Virus record (IMG/VR): IMGVR_UViG_3300036818_000078
Coordinates: 1 to 60,043 of that record
Strand: one strand, 5' to 3'
Length of the DNA stretch: 60,043 bases
Origin: a virus
Lineage: Duplodnaviria; Caudoviricetes
The notes under the pieces were generated by a model. That model was not told the DNA's origin. It did no database searches and was given only the letters and a program-made list of their open reading frames with translations. Positions 36,219-45,768 of this stretch are shown piece after piece (position 1 is the stretch's first letter; each line of letters opens with the position of its first letter). The position numbers were made by a program, and so were the translations under genes.

Positions 36219-36362
36219 GTGACCATCTCCTTTCCTCATGTGCTTGCCTTAGTATACCATGCTTTGATGGGATTTGGGAAACTTTTCTTGTTATGCCTGT
36301 ATAGTAGCTAAGCTCGCAATTGTGCGTAGCAATTCCTTGTGTAACATCCATAGAACGTGTGT

Positions 36363-36833
36363 TCATGTTGTTGTCTCCTTTGCACGTTTGTATCGCTCTT
36401 TCCGCTGTTTTTGCTCTTTCTCTCTTATCTCGAGACAAGTGTTGTATCTCTCCATCCGATACTTACGCCTCTTCTCTCTTATCTCAGGCCTCTTGTTATA
36501 CTCTCTCTGACTCTCGTTATAACAATCCCTGCATACGCTGCGGACACCATACTTGCCACCTTGATGGCTGTGCCAATACTCAGCAGTAGCGTCCAAGGTG
36601 CGTCCACACGGGCCGTTGCAACGTTTTTGCGGCGTGACCTCTTTCGGACGCGCCTGTTTCTCCTTTGTGCTCATAGCACGCGCACGTATGCTGTGCAGGT
36701 GCTTGTTAACGGTACCATACCCTATGCCAAGCCTTGCAGCTATCTCGTTGTATGATAAGCCAAGTTCGTGCAATTCCTGTATCTCGGCTTCTCTAGGTGA
36801 AAGCAGGGTCTTGTCTGGTTTGGTGCTACCCAT
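36363..36833 (-). CDS. LuxR-type HTH fused to a CxxxC/CxxC zinc domain
   Basis: 'LSPREAEI....GLSYNEIAARLGIGYGTVNKHLHSI' plus 'KRCNGPCGR...CRDC'. Confidence 0.75.
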   Translation of the reverse strand: MGSTKPDKTLLSPREAEIQELHELGLSYNEIAARLGIGYGTVNKHLHSIRARAMSTKEKQARPKEVTPQKRCNGPCGRTLDATAEYWHSHQGGKYGVRSVCRDCYNESQREYNKRPEIREKRRKYRMERYNTCLEIREKEQKQRKERYKRAKETTT

Positions 36834-36836
36834 GGC

Positions 36837-37100
36837 TCAACCTTTCTCTACCAATCTGCTGTATCCTGTGCGCCAATAGTGCCTAGGTTTTGGCTTCGTC
36901 TCAATAAGTACAATGCCATCGCCTCCCCATATCTCTAGCCCTGGTTCTGGTACCCAAGTGTAAGGTTTTTCAATCGTGAGCTGCTTCTGTCCAGGCAGTG
37001 ACCATGTGTGATCCCTGCTACTCCATCTGGGTTCTAGATCTAAAATGAGATACCCGTCTACTGTTTCCGTAACCTCTCGTATCTTTGCGTCAATGCTCAT
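36837..37100 (-). CDS. Hypothetical protein
   Basis: GAAAGG RBS, packed operon. Confidence 0.55.
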   Translation of the reverse strand: MSIDAKIREVTETVDGYLILDLEPRWSSRDHTWSLPGQKQLTIEKPYTWVPEPGLEIWGGDGIVLIETKPKPRHYWRTGYSRLVEKG

Positions 37101-37103
37101 GGC

Positions 37104-37325
37104 TCAACCTTTCTGTATCTGTACCCAATCGATCAGTCGGCAGTACTGGCAAATCCGCTGCTCAACTGAATAGCAACCGTGCCAATAGCAAATAGGTGTC
37201 TCACACTTCGCACACGTGCCTTCTGCTTTTCGTATGCAAAATGTCTGATGGCAGCATGGGACCATGCATTCGGGTCTTGATGTCCCGTTGTAGATCAAAT
37301 ATCGTTCGATTATGCTCTCGTTCAT
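37104..37325 (-). CDS. Cys-rich zinc-finger-like protein
   Basis: Multiple CxxC and C..H motifs; AAGGAG RBS. Confidence 0.55.
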   Translation of the reverse strand: MNESIIERYLIYNGTSRPECMVPCCHQTFCIRKAEGTCAKCETPICYWHGCYSVEQRICQYCRLIDWVQIQKG

Positions 37326-37336
37326 ATTTCTCCTTA

Positions 37337-37669
37337 CTAGTGGCTATCATCGTGCCTTTTGCCCCATTTACAGCGTGTTATCATCATCTCTAGATAGTCG
37401 TCACATCTTTCTATGCTGTCTTCCTTGACCCAGTAGGAGCATAGTCCACACGTTCTCTCATGCTCTTCCATGGTCTCTTTTAAGCGTTGTAGTATGCGTG
37501 AAATATTGTCTGTAGTGACATCTGAAGCTTCATACCTTTCTATGTGCATGCTGTTTCTAACACTAGCCAGACGTTCGCATTCTGCTTGTCCGTGGTGGCC
37601 TTTCAGTACCAAGCGACCGCAAATAGGGCAACGCTCTAGAAGTACCCCGGGTCCGTCGTGGTCGTTCAT
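37337..37669 (-). CDS. Hypothetical zinc-binding protein
   Basis: CPIC and CGLC motifs; ATGA overlap with upstream gene. Confidence 0.55.
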   Translation of the reverse strand: MNDHDGPGVLLERCPICGRLVLKGHHGQAECERLASVRNSMHIERYEASDVTTDNISRILQRLKETMEEHERTCGLCSYWVKEDSIERCDDYLEMMITRCKWGKRHDDSH

Positions 37670-37938
37670 CTTTTCCTCTTTTTGTCGATGGCGATAATGC
37701 CTTGTGTATCCATGTCGCTTATTGCCACAACTCGCTCCGTCTCCAGTGTCGAGAACTCATAGCGATTGAGCTGTTCAATGATACTGTTGCCGGCAGTATT
37801 GATAGCAATGAGCTGCTTTACAACGTCATACCTGTGCTGGTCACTGTGCGATGCGATATAGCGACCTACACGCTCTTTGATGCCTTGCGACTGCTCTGCA
37901 ATACGTTTCGCTAGAAATAGCATCTCTTGTTCGTTCAT
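37666..37938 (-). CDS. Hypothetical protein
   Basis: AAGGA RBS, 90 aa. Confidence 0.55.
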   Translation of the reverse strand: MNEQEMLFLAKRIAEQSQGIKERVGRYIASHSDQHRYDVVKQLIAINTAGNSIIEQLNRYEFSTLETERVVAISDMDTQGIIAIDKKRKR

Positions 37939-38104
37939 GATTTATCATCCTTTGCTGGCTCTATCTCTCTTCGCGTATCATTCCGAATACGCTCTGCAAA
38001 CATCACAAGAAACTCTCGGATAACTTCTACATCCAAGCCTTGATATTCGATCTCGTTAAAAAGCTCTTGCGCATCTTCTTCAAATTCAATCATGCTCTTC
38101 TCTC

Positions 38105-38509
38105 CTAGTGTGCAGGATAGTTAATAGCGGTATTAGACTTTGTTGCGAGCGGTGTTGTCTGTGCTTGCTGCGGCTGCTTCGCTTTTTGCTCCTCGAGATA
38201 AGCAGGATATGCGGTGAGGACACAACTCTTGCTTTGTGCGACTTTCTCCAGCCTTGACTTGCAGGCATTGATGTGGAATTGTGCCTCGTCTGGTGTCAGG
38301 GCTTCGAATTCGTCTCTCCCAAATGCGAGAGAATCATTCCAATATCTCGTGCCGAATTGCTTCTCAACACGCAATGCCACCATGAAACGTAAAAGGTGCG
38401 AGAGGGTTGTATCAAGGCGCAATCCTGACTGTCTAATCATTCGCTCAAATGTTGCTATCTCCATCATTGTGACCTTCTTCTTTTGATTGCAAATGCATGA
38501 AGGTGACAC
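38105..38509 (-). CDS. Hypothetical protein (true start probably near 38467)
   Basis: ORF in leftward operon; GAAGG precedes MMEIATF. Confidence 0.5.
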   Translation of the reverse strand: MSPSCICNQKKKVTMMEIATFERMIRQSGLRLDTTLSHLLRFMVALRVEKQFGTRYWNDSLAFGRDEFEALTPDEAQFHINACKSRLEKVAQSKSCVLTAYPAYLEEQKAKQPQQAQTTPLATKSNTAINYPAH

Positions 38510-39002
38510 GGTACAATTCGTCGTCTACATGTTTGTGTATGTGGATCATGCCTGCTTTTTCAAGATGCGAAACAAGCTCTACCACGTTTTGATCTTCAGC
38601 AGTCAGGAACAACCCTAGATGTTGGTAGAATTGTCCCTTTATAAGCAATACTGCATATTGGAAGTACGATGTGCATCCTAAGCAGTCGTTCTGAAAGAAG
38701 TGCTGCTCGAGAGCACGGTAGAATGCTCGCGCTTGTACCATCTTGATGCCTTTGAGAGCACTGATAATCTCTTTAGGTGGCACGCCTTTCTGCTCTTGCT
38801 CAACACCATAGCCTTTGTATCGTGCATAGGTTACGGCTTCCTCTCTTGTTGACACTTCCGCTTTACGAAGGATAACAGGTAGATATTCACTAACTAAGAT
38901 GCTTTCCTTGACATGCATTCTCATAGCACACTCTGTATCAGAGTATCCTTGTGCTAATAATTGCATGTAACGCTCGTCTGAGAATGGGATGTTGACTGCC
39001 AT
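38445..39002 (-). CDS. LuxR-like HTH-containing regulator
   Basis: 'FSDERYMQLLAQGYSDTECAMRMHV.....ILRKAEVSTREEAV.YA...G'. Confidence 0.65.
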   Translation of the reverse strand: MAVNIPFSDERYMQLLAQGYSDTECAMRMHVKESILVSEYLPVILRKAEVSTREEAVTYARYKGYGVEQEQKGVPPKEIISALKGIKMVQARAFYRALEQHFFQNDCLGCTSYFQYAVLLIKGQFYQHLGLFLTAEDQNVVELVSHLEKAGMIHIHKHVDDELYRVTFMHLQSKEEGHNDGDSNI

Positions 39003-39022
39003 AGGGAATTCCTCTACTTCGA

Positions 39023-39484
39023 CTAATGAACGCAAATAACGATGTCGGTCGATCTATCGTTGTAGACTCTCACGTTAGCACTCATCTCGCATCCTGCTAT
39101 GCCAATAAATGCAAGAGTACCATTGAATGGGGTACCATATTTCTCTAGTACATCCGCTGAGATACGGAAATACATGGCATACGATATACCAATGGATATT
39201 GGGTCTACACCGTACATCATTTGATGAATGGAGATAGAGTCTAGACATGCAGACAGCGTGCTTTGTCGGCTATGGGGGGGATAGTGGGAAGCTGCATGTC
39301 TATCGTCGGGGGAAAAGTGGGAACGTCCTGGGCCTGACATTTCAATGTTGGCCTGCTGCTGCGCGAGGTCTAGTTCGTTCGCTGCGAAAGACCTGAGCGT
39401 GGCTTTTATGCGTGCAACAAAGTTGTCTCTTCTCTCGTGAGAAGATTCGGAGAAGTCAGGCGAAAAATAATTAAATTCATTCAT
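39023..39484 (-). CDS. Hypothetical protein
   Basis: 153-aa ORF, first gene of the leftward block. Confidence 0.5.
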   Translation of the reverse strand: MNEFNYFSPDFSESSHERRDNFVARIKATLRSFAANELDLAQQQANIEMSGPGRSHFSPDDRHAASHYPPHSRQSTLSACLDSISIHQMMYGVDPISIGISYAMYFRISADVLEKYGTPFNGTLAFIGIAGCEMSANVRVYNDRSTDIVICVH

Positions 39485-39657
39485 GTCGCCCTACCCTTCG
39501 TTGTAGTGGGGAACAATCTCTACAATTGACACTGAAATAGGATGAAAACCGATACTTCACTTTGCGATTTTGTGCTATTATATGGATGAGATGGTCACTC
39601 ACAAAATATGTTTTGGTAGCATAAGAGCAAGCGCAACTCTCATCATAATCTCAACTG

Positions 39658-40239
39658 ATGAGTGGTGTCAAGGCTTTTGTAGCCGAGATTTTGGAGGAAA
39701 CAGAATTGGATGGACAGCAAGAAAAAGGCGTTCCTAGCGTAGAGGATGAAATTGTCTACGAAAGAGCACGTGTACTCTTCGGGCTCATCTTGAGGCTGCT
39801 TTGCGGACGTGCAAATATTACACAAGACTACTTGGAGGAGCAAGGCAAAGCCTACCGTGATGTTCTCATTGCGGAGGGCAAGCTTCCGGCCAAGTATCCG
39901 GTCGGGGCTCTCGATCAGGAGGCAATTTCTCGTGTCTGGACAGGCGAGCGTGAGCCCTCCTCACGCCCTCAAGTAGGCATTTGGCTTGATGTGATCGAAA
40001 ATACGTTCAATAGTGAGAAGTATCTTGAGATACGCAAAAAGTACAAATTGCAAGCATACGACTTGCCTCCTGATCTCAAAGTGGACATGTATCACTTGGC
40101 AGGCTTCGGAGCACCTGACGAGATTGTAGCATCCTACAAACGTCGGCTTTCGATGATTAAGAAAGGAGCGCTTCCTAGATTTTGGAACAATTCAAAGAAA
40201 CGAGCATTTAGGGAAAAAACCGATGAATTAACCAATTAG
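39658..40239 (+). CDS. Hypothetical protein (possible degenerate HTH regulator)
   Basis: 193-aa ORF divergent from the leftward block; 'QEAISRVWTGEREP' resembles an XRE recognition helix. Confidence 0.55.
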   Translation: MSGVKAFVAEILEETELDGQQEKGVPSVEDEIVYERARVLFGLILRLLCGRANITQDYLEEQGKAYRDVLIAEGKLPAKYPVGALDQEAISRVWTGEREPSSRPQVGIWLDVIENTFNSEKYLEIRKKYKLQAYDLPPDLKVDMYHLAGFGAPDEIVASYKRRLSMIKKGALPRFWNNSKKRAFREKTDELTN

Positions 40240-40439
40240 AAGTCGAACAAATCTTTGACCGGACAGCCTAGGGCCTGGGCTATCATCGCAAGGCGGTCAA
40301 ACTCAGGAGCATCCTCTGCATGTTCCCATCTGTAGACAGTATTTGTAGATACGCCTATCTTTTCAGCCAGTCTCTCTTGAGACATCTTCTTTTCTTTTCG
40401 TAGTTTCCTAATGCGATTGCCAAATAGATTTCTAAGCAT
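40236..40439 (-). CDS. XRE-family HTH regulator
   Basis: 'FGNRIRKLRKEKKMSQERLAEKIGVSTNTVYRWE...P....LAMIAQALG'. Confidence 0.9.
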   Translation of the reverse strand: MLRNLFGNRIRKLRKEKKMSQERLAEKIGVSTNTVYRWEHAEDAPEFDRLAMIAQALGCPVKDLFDF

Positions 40440-40634
40440 GTAGCACCTTAAAATACGTTTAGTGCTACCATTATCCCGTTTTTTAGCTTTATTTCCACCA
40501 CGCTCAGGGTGGATTTTTCATATCAGGGGAGTAGAAATCAATTGATGTAAGGTTACTTCTGTCCATTTTCGCTCGTTTTACCTTTGAGTAAATATCTATG
40601 AGAATAGTATCATAGTGAAACGAGGAGAAACACC

Positions 40635-40847
40635 ATGCATGGTTTACATACTAATGAGTTTTTCACACCTGTCACACAAGCCTATCTCATATGTCCTAAG
40701 TGTGGTACGATGTGTTGCATAGATCATGAATTTCGGCATGGTCTGCTCCCTGTAAAGCGGCAGGCGATTCTGAGAGCAAGTGGCTGCGGAACGGTACTAG
40801 CATCTCAGGAAACAGAAAAGCTTATGAGCATAATGAAAGAAAGATGA
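40635..40847 (+). CDS. Small zinc-ribbon-like protein
   Basis: GAGGAG RBS; CPKCG motif. Confidence 0.5.
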   Translation: MHGLHTNEFFTPVTQAYLICPKCGTMCCIDHEFRHGLLPVKRQAILRASGCGTVLASQETEKLMSIMKER

Positions 40848-41218
40848 ATATGAACAGTTATCCAAATCAACCAAATCCTGAGTACCAAGGTGGCTACCAG
40901 CAACAGCCTCCACAGCAGCCCTATTATCCCCCTCAGCAGGCGGGATATCCCTATCAGCAACCTGTGCCACCTCAATATCAACCCTATCCGCAGCAGATGA
41001 TGTATCCGCAGCAGCAAATCAATGTGAATGTCGGATACCAGCGACCACAGCAGATCTCTATGCTCGTCCGTTTCATCTATTTCTGCTTCGTCGGATGGTG
41101 GATTGGTATGCTCTGGCTGGGGATTGCACTCGGCTTCTGCTGCTCGATCATCGGCCTGCCTATCGGACTTATGATGCTCAACAGACTCGGGGCTGTGATG
41201 ACACTCTCTCGCAGGTAG
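40844..41218 (+). CDS. Q/P/Y-rich membrane protein with YccF-like hairpin
   Basis: Low-complexity N-terminus then 'YFCFVGWW......SIIGLPIG'. Confidence 0.7.
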   Translation: MNMNSYPNQPNPEYQGGYQQQPPQQPYYPPQQAGYPYQQPVPPQYQPYPQQMMYPQQQINVNVGYQRPQQISMLVRFIYFCFVGWWIGMLWLGIALGFCCSIIGLPIGLMMLNRLGAVMTLSRR

Positions 41219-41228
41219 TGTCTAGACA

Positions 41229-41266
41229 AAAAGGGACCGGGTTGTATGAGTAACCCGGTCCCTTTT
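41229..41266. terminator. Bidirectional intrinsic terminator
   Basis: AAAAGGGACCGGGTT-8 nt-AACCCGGTCCCTTTT between convergent genes. Confidence 0.85.
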
Positions 41267-41274
41267 CTTGTGTG

Positions 41275-42135
41275 CTATTTCTTGTGTAATTTTTGCCATT
41301 CTGCATACGCTTTTTTATATGGCTGTAAAAAATGCTTTTGTGAAGTTGAAACATCTACCTCATAGATTGTCCTCTTGGCCTTAGGGTTTATCTCGCTAGG
41401 GACTATGTTTATCACTTTCCCCCCAGCAGTCTCTAAGAGCTTCATGCCGTCTGGTGTCCCTCCGTTGGCATAGATTTTTGCTATCTCTACTCCTTTTTCT
41501 CCCCACTTCTGTAGAGTTATGCCTACAAACCTCATTAAAAGCACCTTTGCATAGTTAGTTCGTCGGTCTGGTGGAACGCATGGATTAGACATAAAGTCAA
41601 TGATAATGCACTCTAACGGTCCCCCTGGCTCAAACCTTGTGATTGACTCCTCTCCAAATAGCCAACCTCGTTTACCTGCAATGAATTCAAGGGTTGCCCC
41701 ATGAGTAAGAGGGACAAAATTAATTGAAGCTGCGAGGCTTCCACAGTTTGATAGCTTTTTGTCATACAGGTGGTAGGTGCTTTCAGGACTAATCCTTGCT
41801 AACCGTCTGGTGTGCTCTATAGCTTGTGGGGTGACTGCCAGCTTTCCGAAGACAAGGTGTGCAAGTTGGTTTTCAGCATCCATATCGCTTATAGTTGCTT
41901 GTCTGTACTCAAAGTCCCTAGACTCTTCAAAGAAGAGAGCAGCTTGTATTTGTGCAAGCTTGCTATCAATCTCACTTTTGAGGTAAACACCTTTACCGTG
42001 CCCAGGCAGCATTATCCTGTTAACCCTACCTGTTTTTACCCAAGTGTGAAAAGTATTGTCATTTAGTCCTAAAACAGCTCTAGCTTGTGCTGCTGTATAG
42101 TACAGGTCTTTAACATGCGGTTGGTTTTGACTCAT
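41275..42135 (-). CDS. MerR-like/HTH_17 N-terminus fused to a GNAT-like domain
   Basis: 'YYTAAQARAVLGLNDNTFHTWVKTG' plus 'YRQATISDM...KIYANGGTPDGMKLLETAG'. Confidence 0.6.
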   Translation of the reverse strand: MSQNQPHVKDLYYTAAQARAVLGLNDNTFHTWVKTGRVNRIMLPGHGKGVYLKSEIDSKLAQIQAALFFEESRDFEYRQATISDMDAENQLAHLVFGKLAVTPQAIEHTRRLARISPESTYHLYDKKLSNCGSLAASINFVPLTHGATLEFIAGKRGWLFGEESITRFEPGGPLECIIIDFMSNPCVPPDRRTNYAKVLLMRFVGITLQKWGEKGVEIAKIYANGGTPDGMKLLETAGGKVINIVPSEINPKAKRTIYEVDVSTSQKHFLQPYKKAYAEWQKLHKK

Positions 42136-42196
42136 AAAACCACCTCCTTTCACTAAGTATATAGGACTTATTCCCGTTTGTAAATAGGTTAGACAG

Positions 42197-42281
42197 ATTA
42201 GACAGCAAATTTATTGACAACCCCGATTTCTTATGGTACTGTTAAAACAGTCTAACAAATTAGACAGCAAATTTATTGACA
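42197..42281 (+). promoter_or_regulatory. Promoter with 23-bp direct repeat
   Basis: ATTAGACAGCAAATTTATTGACA at 42197 and 42259; TTGACA(42214)-17 nt-TACTGT. Confidence 0.65.
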
Positions 42282-42311
42282 GTTCTCTACTTCTAGGGAG
42301 AAAGGACTTTA

Positions 42312-43193
42312 ATGCAGCAGTTGATTACAGCCACCACGCCCATAGAAAAAGACAAACCCTATGTCTACAAGCTATCTTATTCTGATGGGATAGTGTTCTA
42401 CATAGGAAAAGGCACGAATGAGAGAATACATGATCATGAATGGGAAGCAAGCTGGAAAAATGAAAGGTTGCACAACCTTCATAAATCACGTGTTATTCGC
42501 AAGATATGGGAAGAAGGTGGACAAGTCATAAAGCATATTCTAGCCTATTTTGAAACAGATCAAGAGGCATTGGAATATGAAGTGTCCTTGATCTTCTTCA
42601 TGAGAGGGCATGGACATCTAGCAAACAGTACGGATGGAGGGGAAGGAATTAGGGGCCTTGTCTTCTCAGAGAAACACCGTGAAAGGTTAAGTGGAGCAGC
42701 AAAAGGGCGCACACACTCTGAAGAAGCTAAGGGAAAGGTAAGCAAAGCAAATAAGGGGCGTATTCATTCTGAAGAAACCCGCAAAAAGCTAAGTGAGCAA
42801 CGCAAGGGACGTGTATTCTCAGAAGAAACCTGTAGAAAGATAAGTGAGTCAAACAAGGGACGAAATATACCAGAGGCTCAACGCGGAAGGATAAGTGAGT
42901 CAAACAAGACTCGTATTGTATCTGAGGATACCCGCAGAAAGATGAGTGAAGCACGTAAAGGGCGTAAAGGCCATGTTCCGTCTGAGGAGTCCCGTAGGAA
43001 GATGAGCGAAGCGCACAAAAACCCGCCTGAAGACCTTCGCAAGAAATGGAGTGAACAGCGTAAAGGTCGTGTCCAATCTGAAGAAACCCGTAGGAAGAAA
43101 AGTGAGACCTTAAAAGGTCGCATTATTTCTGAAGAAACCCGTAGGAAAATGAGCGAAGCGGCTAAAAATCGCACAAACGTGAAAAATAATTAG
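42312..43193 (+). CDS. GIY-YIG homing endonuclease with ~10 NUMOD3 repeats
   Basis: 'YVYKL...FYIGKG...R...H', 'NSTDGGEG', tandem 'HSEETRKKLSE' repeats. Confidence 0.9.
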   Translation: MQQLITATTPIEKDKPYVYKLSYSDGIVFYIGKGTNERIHDHEWEASWKNERLHNLHKSRVIRKIWEEGGQVIKHILAYFETDQEALEYEVSLIFFMRGHGHLANSTDGGEGIRGLVFSEKHRERLSGAAKGRTHSEEAKGKVSKANKGRIHSEETRKKLSEQRKGRVFSEETCRKISESNKGRNIPEAQRGRISESNKTRIVSEDTRRKMSEARKGRKGHVPSEESRRKMSEAHKNPPEDLRKKWSEQRKGRVQSEETRRKKSETLKGRIISEETRRKMSEAAKNRTNVKNN

Positions 43194-43223
43194 TCATCTT
43201 ACAGATGAGAAGAAAGGAAAAAA

Positions 43224-44483
43224 TTGACAATGAGTCATAACACGCCTCACCAGCCATCGGCTAACAATCTTGCCATTGTAGGATCGATAAAGGCTTTTGC
43301 CGTCTTTATCATCGTAGCTGCAGTAATTTATTCCGAGATACTGTTTCTTGGGATTATCGGGTCTCTCTTTCCATCAGGTCCTCTTGCAATCGGCGCTATG
43401 ATCGGCGCGGTTACCACAGGGATGAGTGTGCTTGCTTTGTGCCTAGGAAAATCACACTGGTTCCGACCTGGAATGCAGTTAGTTGTAGCGTGGATTTTTA
43501 CCGTAGTTGAGGTAGGGGTCCTTATAGCAAACGACATACTAGCGTACCAGTTGCACACAGGGGCTCAACTAGATCAGTTTACAGGTACTTGGAAGTTGTT
43601 TTGTGTAGCTACTCCGGCCCTCTCGTTAGTTGGGTGGATTCTCCTTTTCTTCTTCGATCCTAATCGAGCGATCATGCACAAACGTATGGAGCTAGAGGAT
43701 AGGCAGGCTAAAGGAAAAGTAGACCTTGACACAGCGGTACATGAGAAGGCTATGCATTTTCACTATCGCGCTATCAGCATGGTTGGTAGTGGCATGGAAC
43801 AGCAAATGGAAGCGTTGATGCCAGAGTACACACAACTAGCCGCTCGTCAAAAGCTAGCTGCTATTGCCAGTGACCTCACAGGTACCCACATCTCACACAA
43901 TCAATTGAGTAGCGGGACCTCACAGCAGTCCCTACCAGCACCCAGCCGTATCGTTGACGCTGACCCTGCGGAAGAAGAGGATGAAGTAGAGGAAGCGGCT
44001 AGCCGTGGTCATGTGCTAGACAAATACAACGTGCAAGAAACAATTGACAACGAAGTCAAGCCACTCGAACGTAAATCCTGGCGCGATAAGATCAAGGATA
44101 CTATCGATTTCAGTACACCAGATGTTCCACGGCAAAGAGGAAACGAGACCGCTGTTATCACTGATGATAAACCGATCACTGAAGAGAGAGCTGGACAGGA
44201 GACTCGTACACGTCGGCTAGGTGGTGACAAGGACTTTACTGATCAAGAGGAAAGTATTGACACGTCAGAGCCTCCAGAGAATTATCTCGACTGGTCTCCC
44301 AAGCAATGGAAACAGGCCAAGGCACAGCTCACTAAAGAGCAGTATGACGAACTTTTTGATGACGCTTTTCCTCCAGAAGGCTTGAAGCCAACTCCAAAGA
44401 AAAGGCCAGCTTCCAAGAGACCAGCTTCTAAAAAAAAAGTGACTCGGCGCAAGGTGATAGGGATGGGAAAGCAGGGCGGATAA
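43224..44483 (+). CDS. Multi-pass membrane protein with acidic/basic cytoplasmic tail
   Basis: Four N-terminal hydrophobic segments, coiled coil, disordered C-terminus. Confidence 0.75.
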   Translation: MTMSHNTPHQPSANNLAIVGSIKAFAVFIIVAAVIYSEILFLGIIGSLFPSGPLAIGAMIGAVTTGMSVLALCLGKSHWFRPGMQLVVAWIFTVVEVGVLIANDILAYQLHTGAQLDQFTGTWKLFCVATPALSLVGWILLFFFDPNRAIMHKRMELEDRQAKGKVDLDTAVHEKAMHFHYRAISMVGSGMEQQMEALMPEYTQLAARQKLAAIASDLTGTHISHNQLSSGTSQQSLPAPSRIVDADPAEEEDEVEEAASRGHVLDKYNVQETIDNEVKPLERKSWRDKIKDTIDFSTPDVPRQRGNETAVITDDKPITEERAGQETRTRRLGGDKDFTDQEESIDTSEPPENYLDWSPKQWKQAKAQLTKEQYDELFDDAFPPEGLKPTPKKRPASKRPASKKKVTRRKVIGMGKQGG

Positions 44484-44698
44484 GTGATGAGTTAGCCCAT
44501 GCGATTAAGTGGCTTCCATGGGCTGACGCAGGTTTCCCAACTCCTACCCATCTCTACAAAAATCCAAGGGAAATGAAACGCGAAAAGCATAGGCCAAAAC
44601 CGGAGATTGAAATTGAAGCGCGAAGACTTTTAGGACAAAAAATTGACGCTGATTGAGGCGAAAATCCGTCAATTGTTCTCAGAAAGGAGCATTCAAGA

Positions 44699-44863
44699 AT
44701 GCCTGCTCAGTGGCATAGATGCCAGTCTTGTACAAAGGTAAAAGCCGACACAAGATTGTACTTACAGAACAACAAAACCATTCGTTATTGCAAGGCTTGT
44801 AGTTTCAAATTTGCGGACATTAAACCAAAGATAAACCAGCGAGTACCCGAGCGATTTAGATAG
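44699..44863 (+). CDS. Small CxxC-CxxC zinc-ribbon protein (54 aa), not in ORF track
   Basis: GAAAGGAG RBS; MPAQWHRCQSC...YCKAC. Confidence 0.5.
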   Translation: MPAQWHRCQSCTKVKADTRLYLQNNKTIRYCKACSFKFADIKPKINQRVPERFR

Positions 44864-44879
44864 CTTTAAGGAGGTTAAA

Positions 44880-45017
44880 ATGTCCCCCAATTGTTGCAAC
44901 AATTGCACTCGAACGAACTGTACTTTGACCAAAGTTTTAGTAGGATGTTTAAAGGTGAAACTTTGTGATAAATGTCTTGCAAAGTGGCGTGCAAAAAACA
45001 ATTTTAGAGCGAAGTAA
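44880..45017 (+). CDS. Small CxxC-CxxC zinc-ribbon protein (45 aa), not in ORF track
   Basis: AAGGAGG RBS; MSPNCCNNC...LCDKC. Confidence 0.5.
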   Translation: MSPNCCNNCTRTNCTLTKVLVGCLKVKLCDKCLAKWRAKNNFRAK

Positions 45018-45101
45018 AAAGCGTCGGGAGACATGTGGGCGTCCTGGAAAAACATCCCACATGTCCCTGCTCGATCCGTTGCTGAAAGGAGCATTTTTAG
45101 T

Positions 45102-45611
45102 ATGCGATATGTGTCAAGTTTTGTGTGTTTGGCTTTTGTATTCTCCGTTCTTAGTGCGTCAACAAGTAGCTGCGAGCGGCCTATAACCGATGGCTCATAT
45201 AGCCTCAATTCTTCCACCAGTCAGTCAGGAACAGACTACAGGTCCATGGCCCGTCAGGACGCTATCGATAATGGCATTGATCCCGCCTTGTATGAACGCC
45301 AGATAAATCAGGAAAGCGGATTTAACCCGAATGCAGTGTCTAGTGCTGGCGCAATTGGCATCGCTCAAATCATGCCCTCAACCGCTTCTAGCTGGCATGT
45401 AGACCCCTGGAACGCTGCAGACTCTCTCAGAGTAGCCGCTGATCATATGCACTGGTATTATCAGCATTATGGCTACGATTATGCTAAGGCACTAGCAGCA
45501 TATAATTGTGGCCCAAATTGCGTTGGCGGGGCGCTAGCTGGTTGCAGTTCTTTCTGGCGTCGATGCATTCCCGCTGAGACGAAAAACTACATAGAAAATA
45601 TCATGAGCTAG
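45102..45611 (+). CDS. Lytic transglycosylase (SLT domain) with N-terminal signal/anchor
   Basis: 'QESGFNPNAVSSAGAIGIAQIMPSTA', 'ALAAYN.G', 'ETKNYI'. Confidence 0.9.
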   Translation: MRYVSSFVCLAFVFSVLSASTSSCERPITDGSYSLNSSTSQSGTDYRSMARQDAIDNGIDPALYERQINQESGFNPNAVSSAGAIGIAQIMPSTASSWHVDPWNAADSLRVAADHMHWYYQHYGYDYAKALAAYNCGPNCVGGALAGCSSFWRRCIPAETKNYIENIMS

Positions 45612-45768
45612 GAGCAAAGGTTTATGAAGTACTTGCTCATATACCGATGCGGGGGAAAACACATGAGTACTACTTTCCAAAGCTTACACAGTGTGTTTAT
45701 CTCATCGGTAACTTAGTTAGGCATTCTGGTGTGAAGCACTGGACTATTCTTGAGAGGACAAAAAACAG

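Noticed and set aside
35836-36438. 200-aa minus-strand ORF
   Set aside because: Overlaps the better-supported HTH_17 gene in another frame; no recognisable motifs
42650-43165. Tandem ~51-nt DNA repeats as a possible array
   Set aside because: Fully explained by in-frame NUMOD3 protein repeats
44762-45217. 151-aa minus-strand ORF
   Set aside because: Overlaps two small + strand zinc-ribbon ORFs with strong RBSs and the SLT gene
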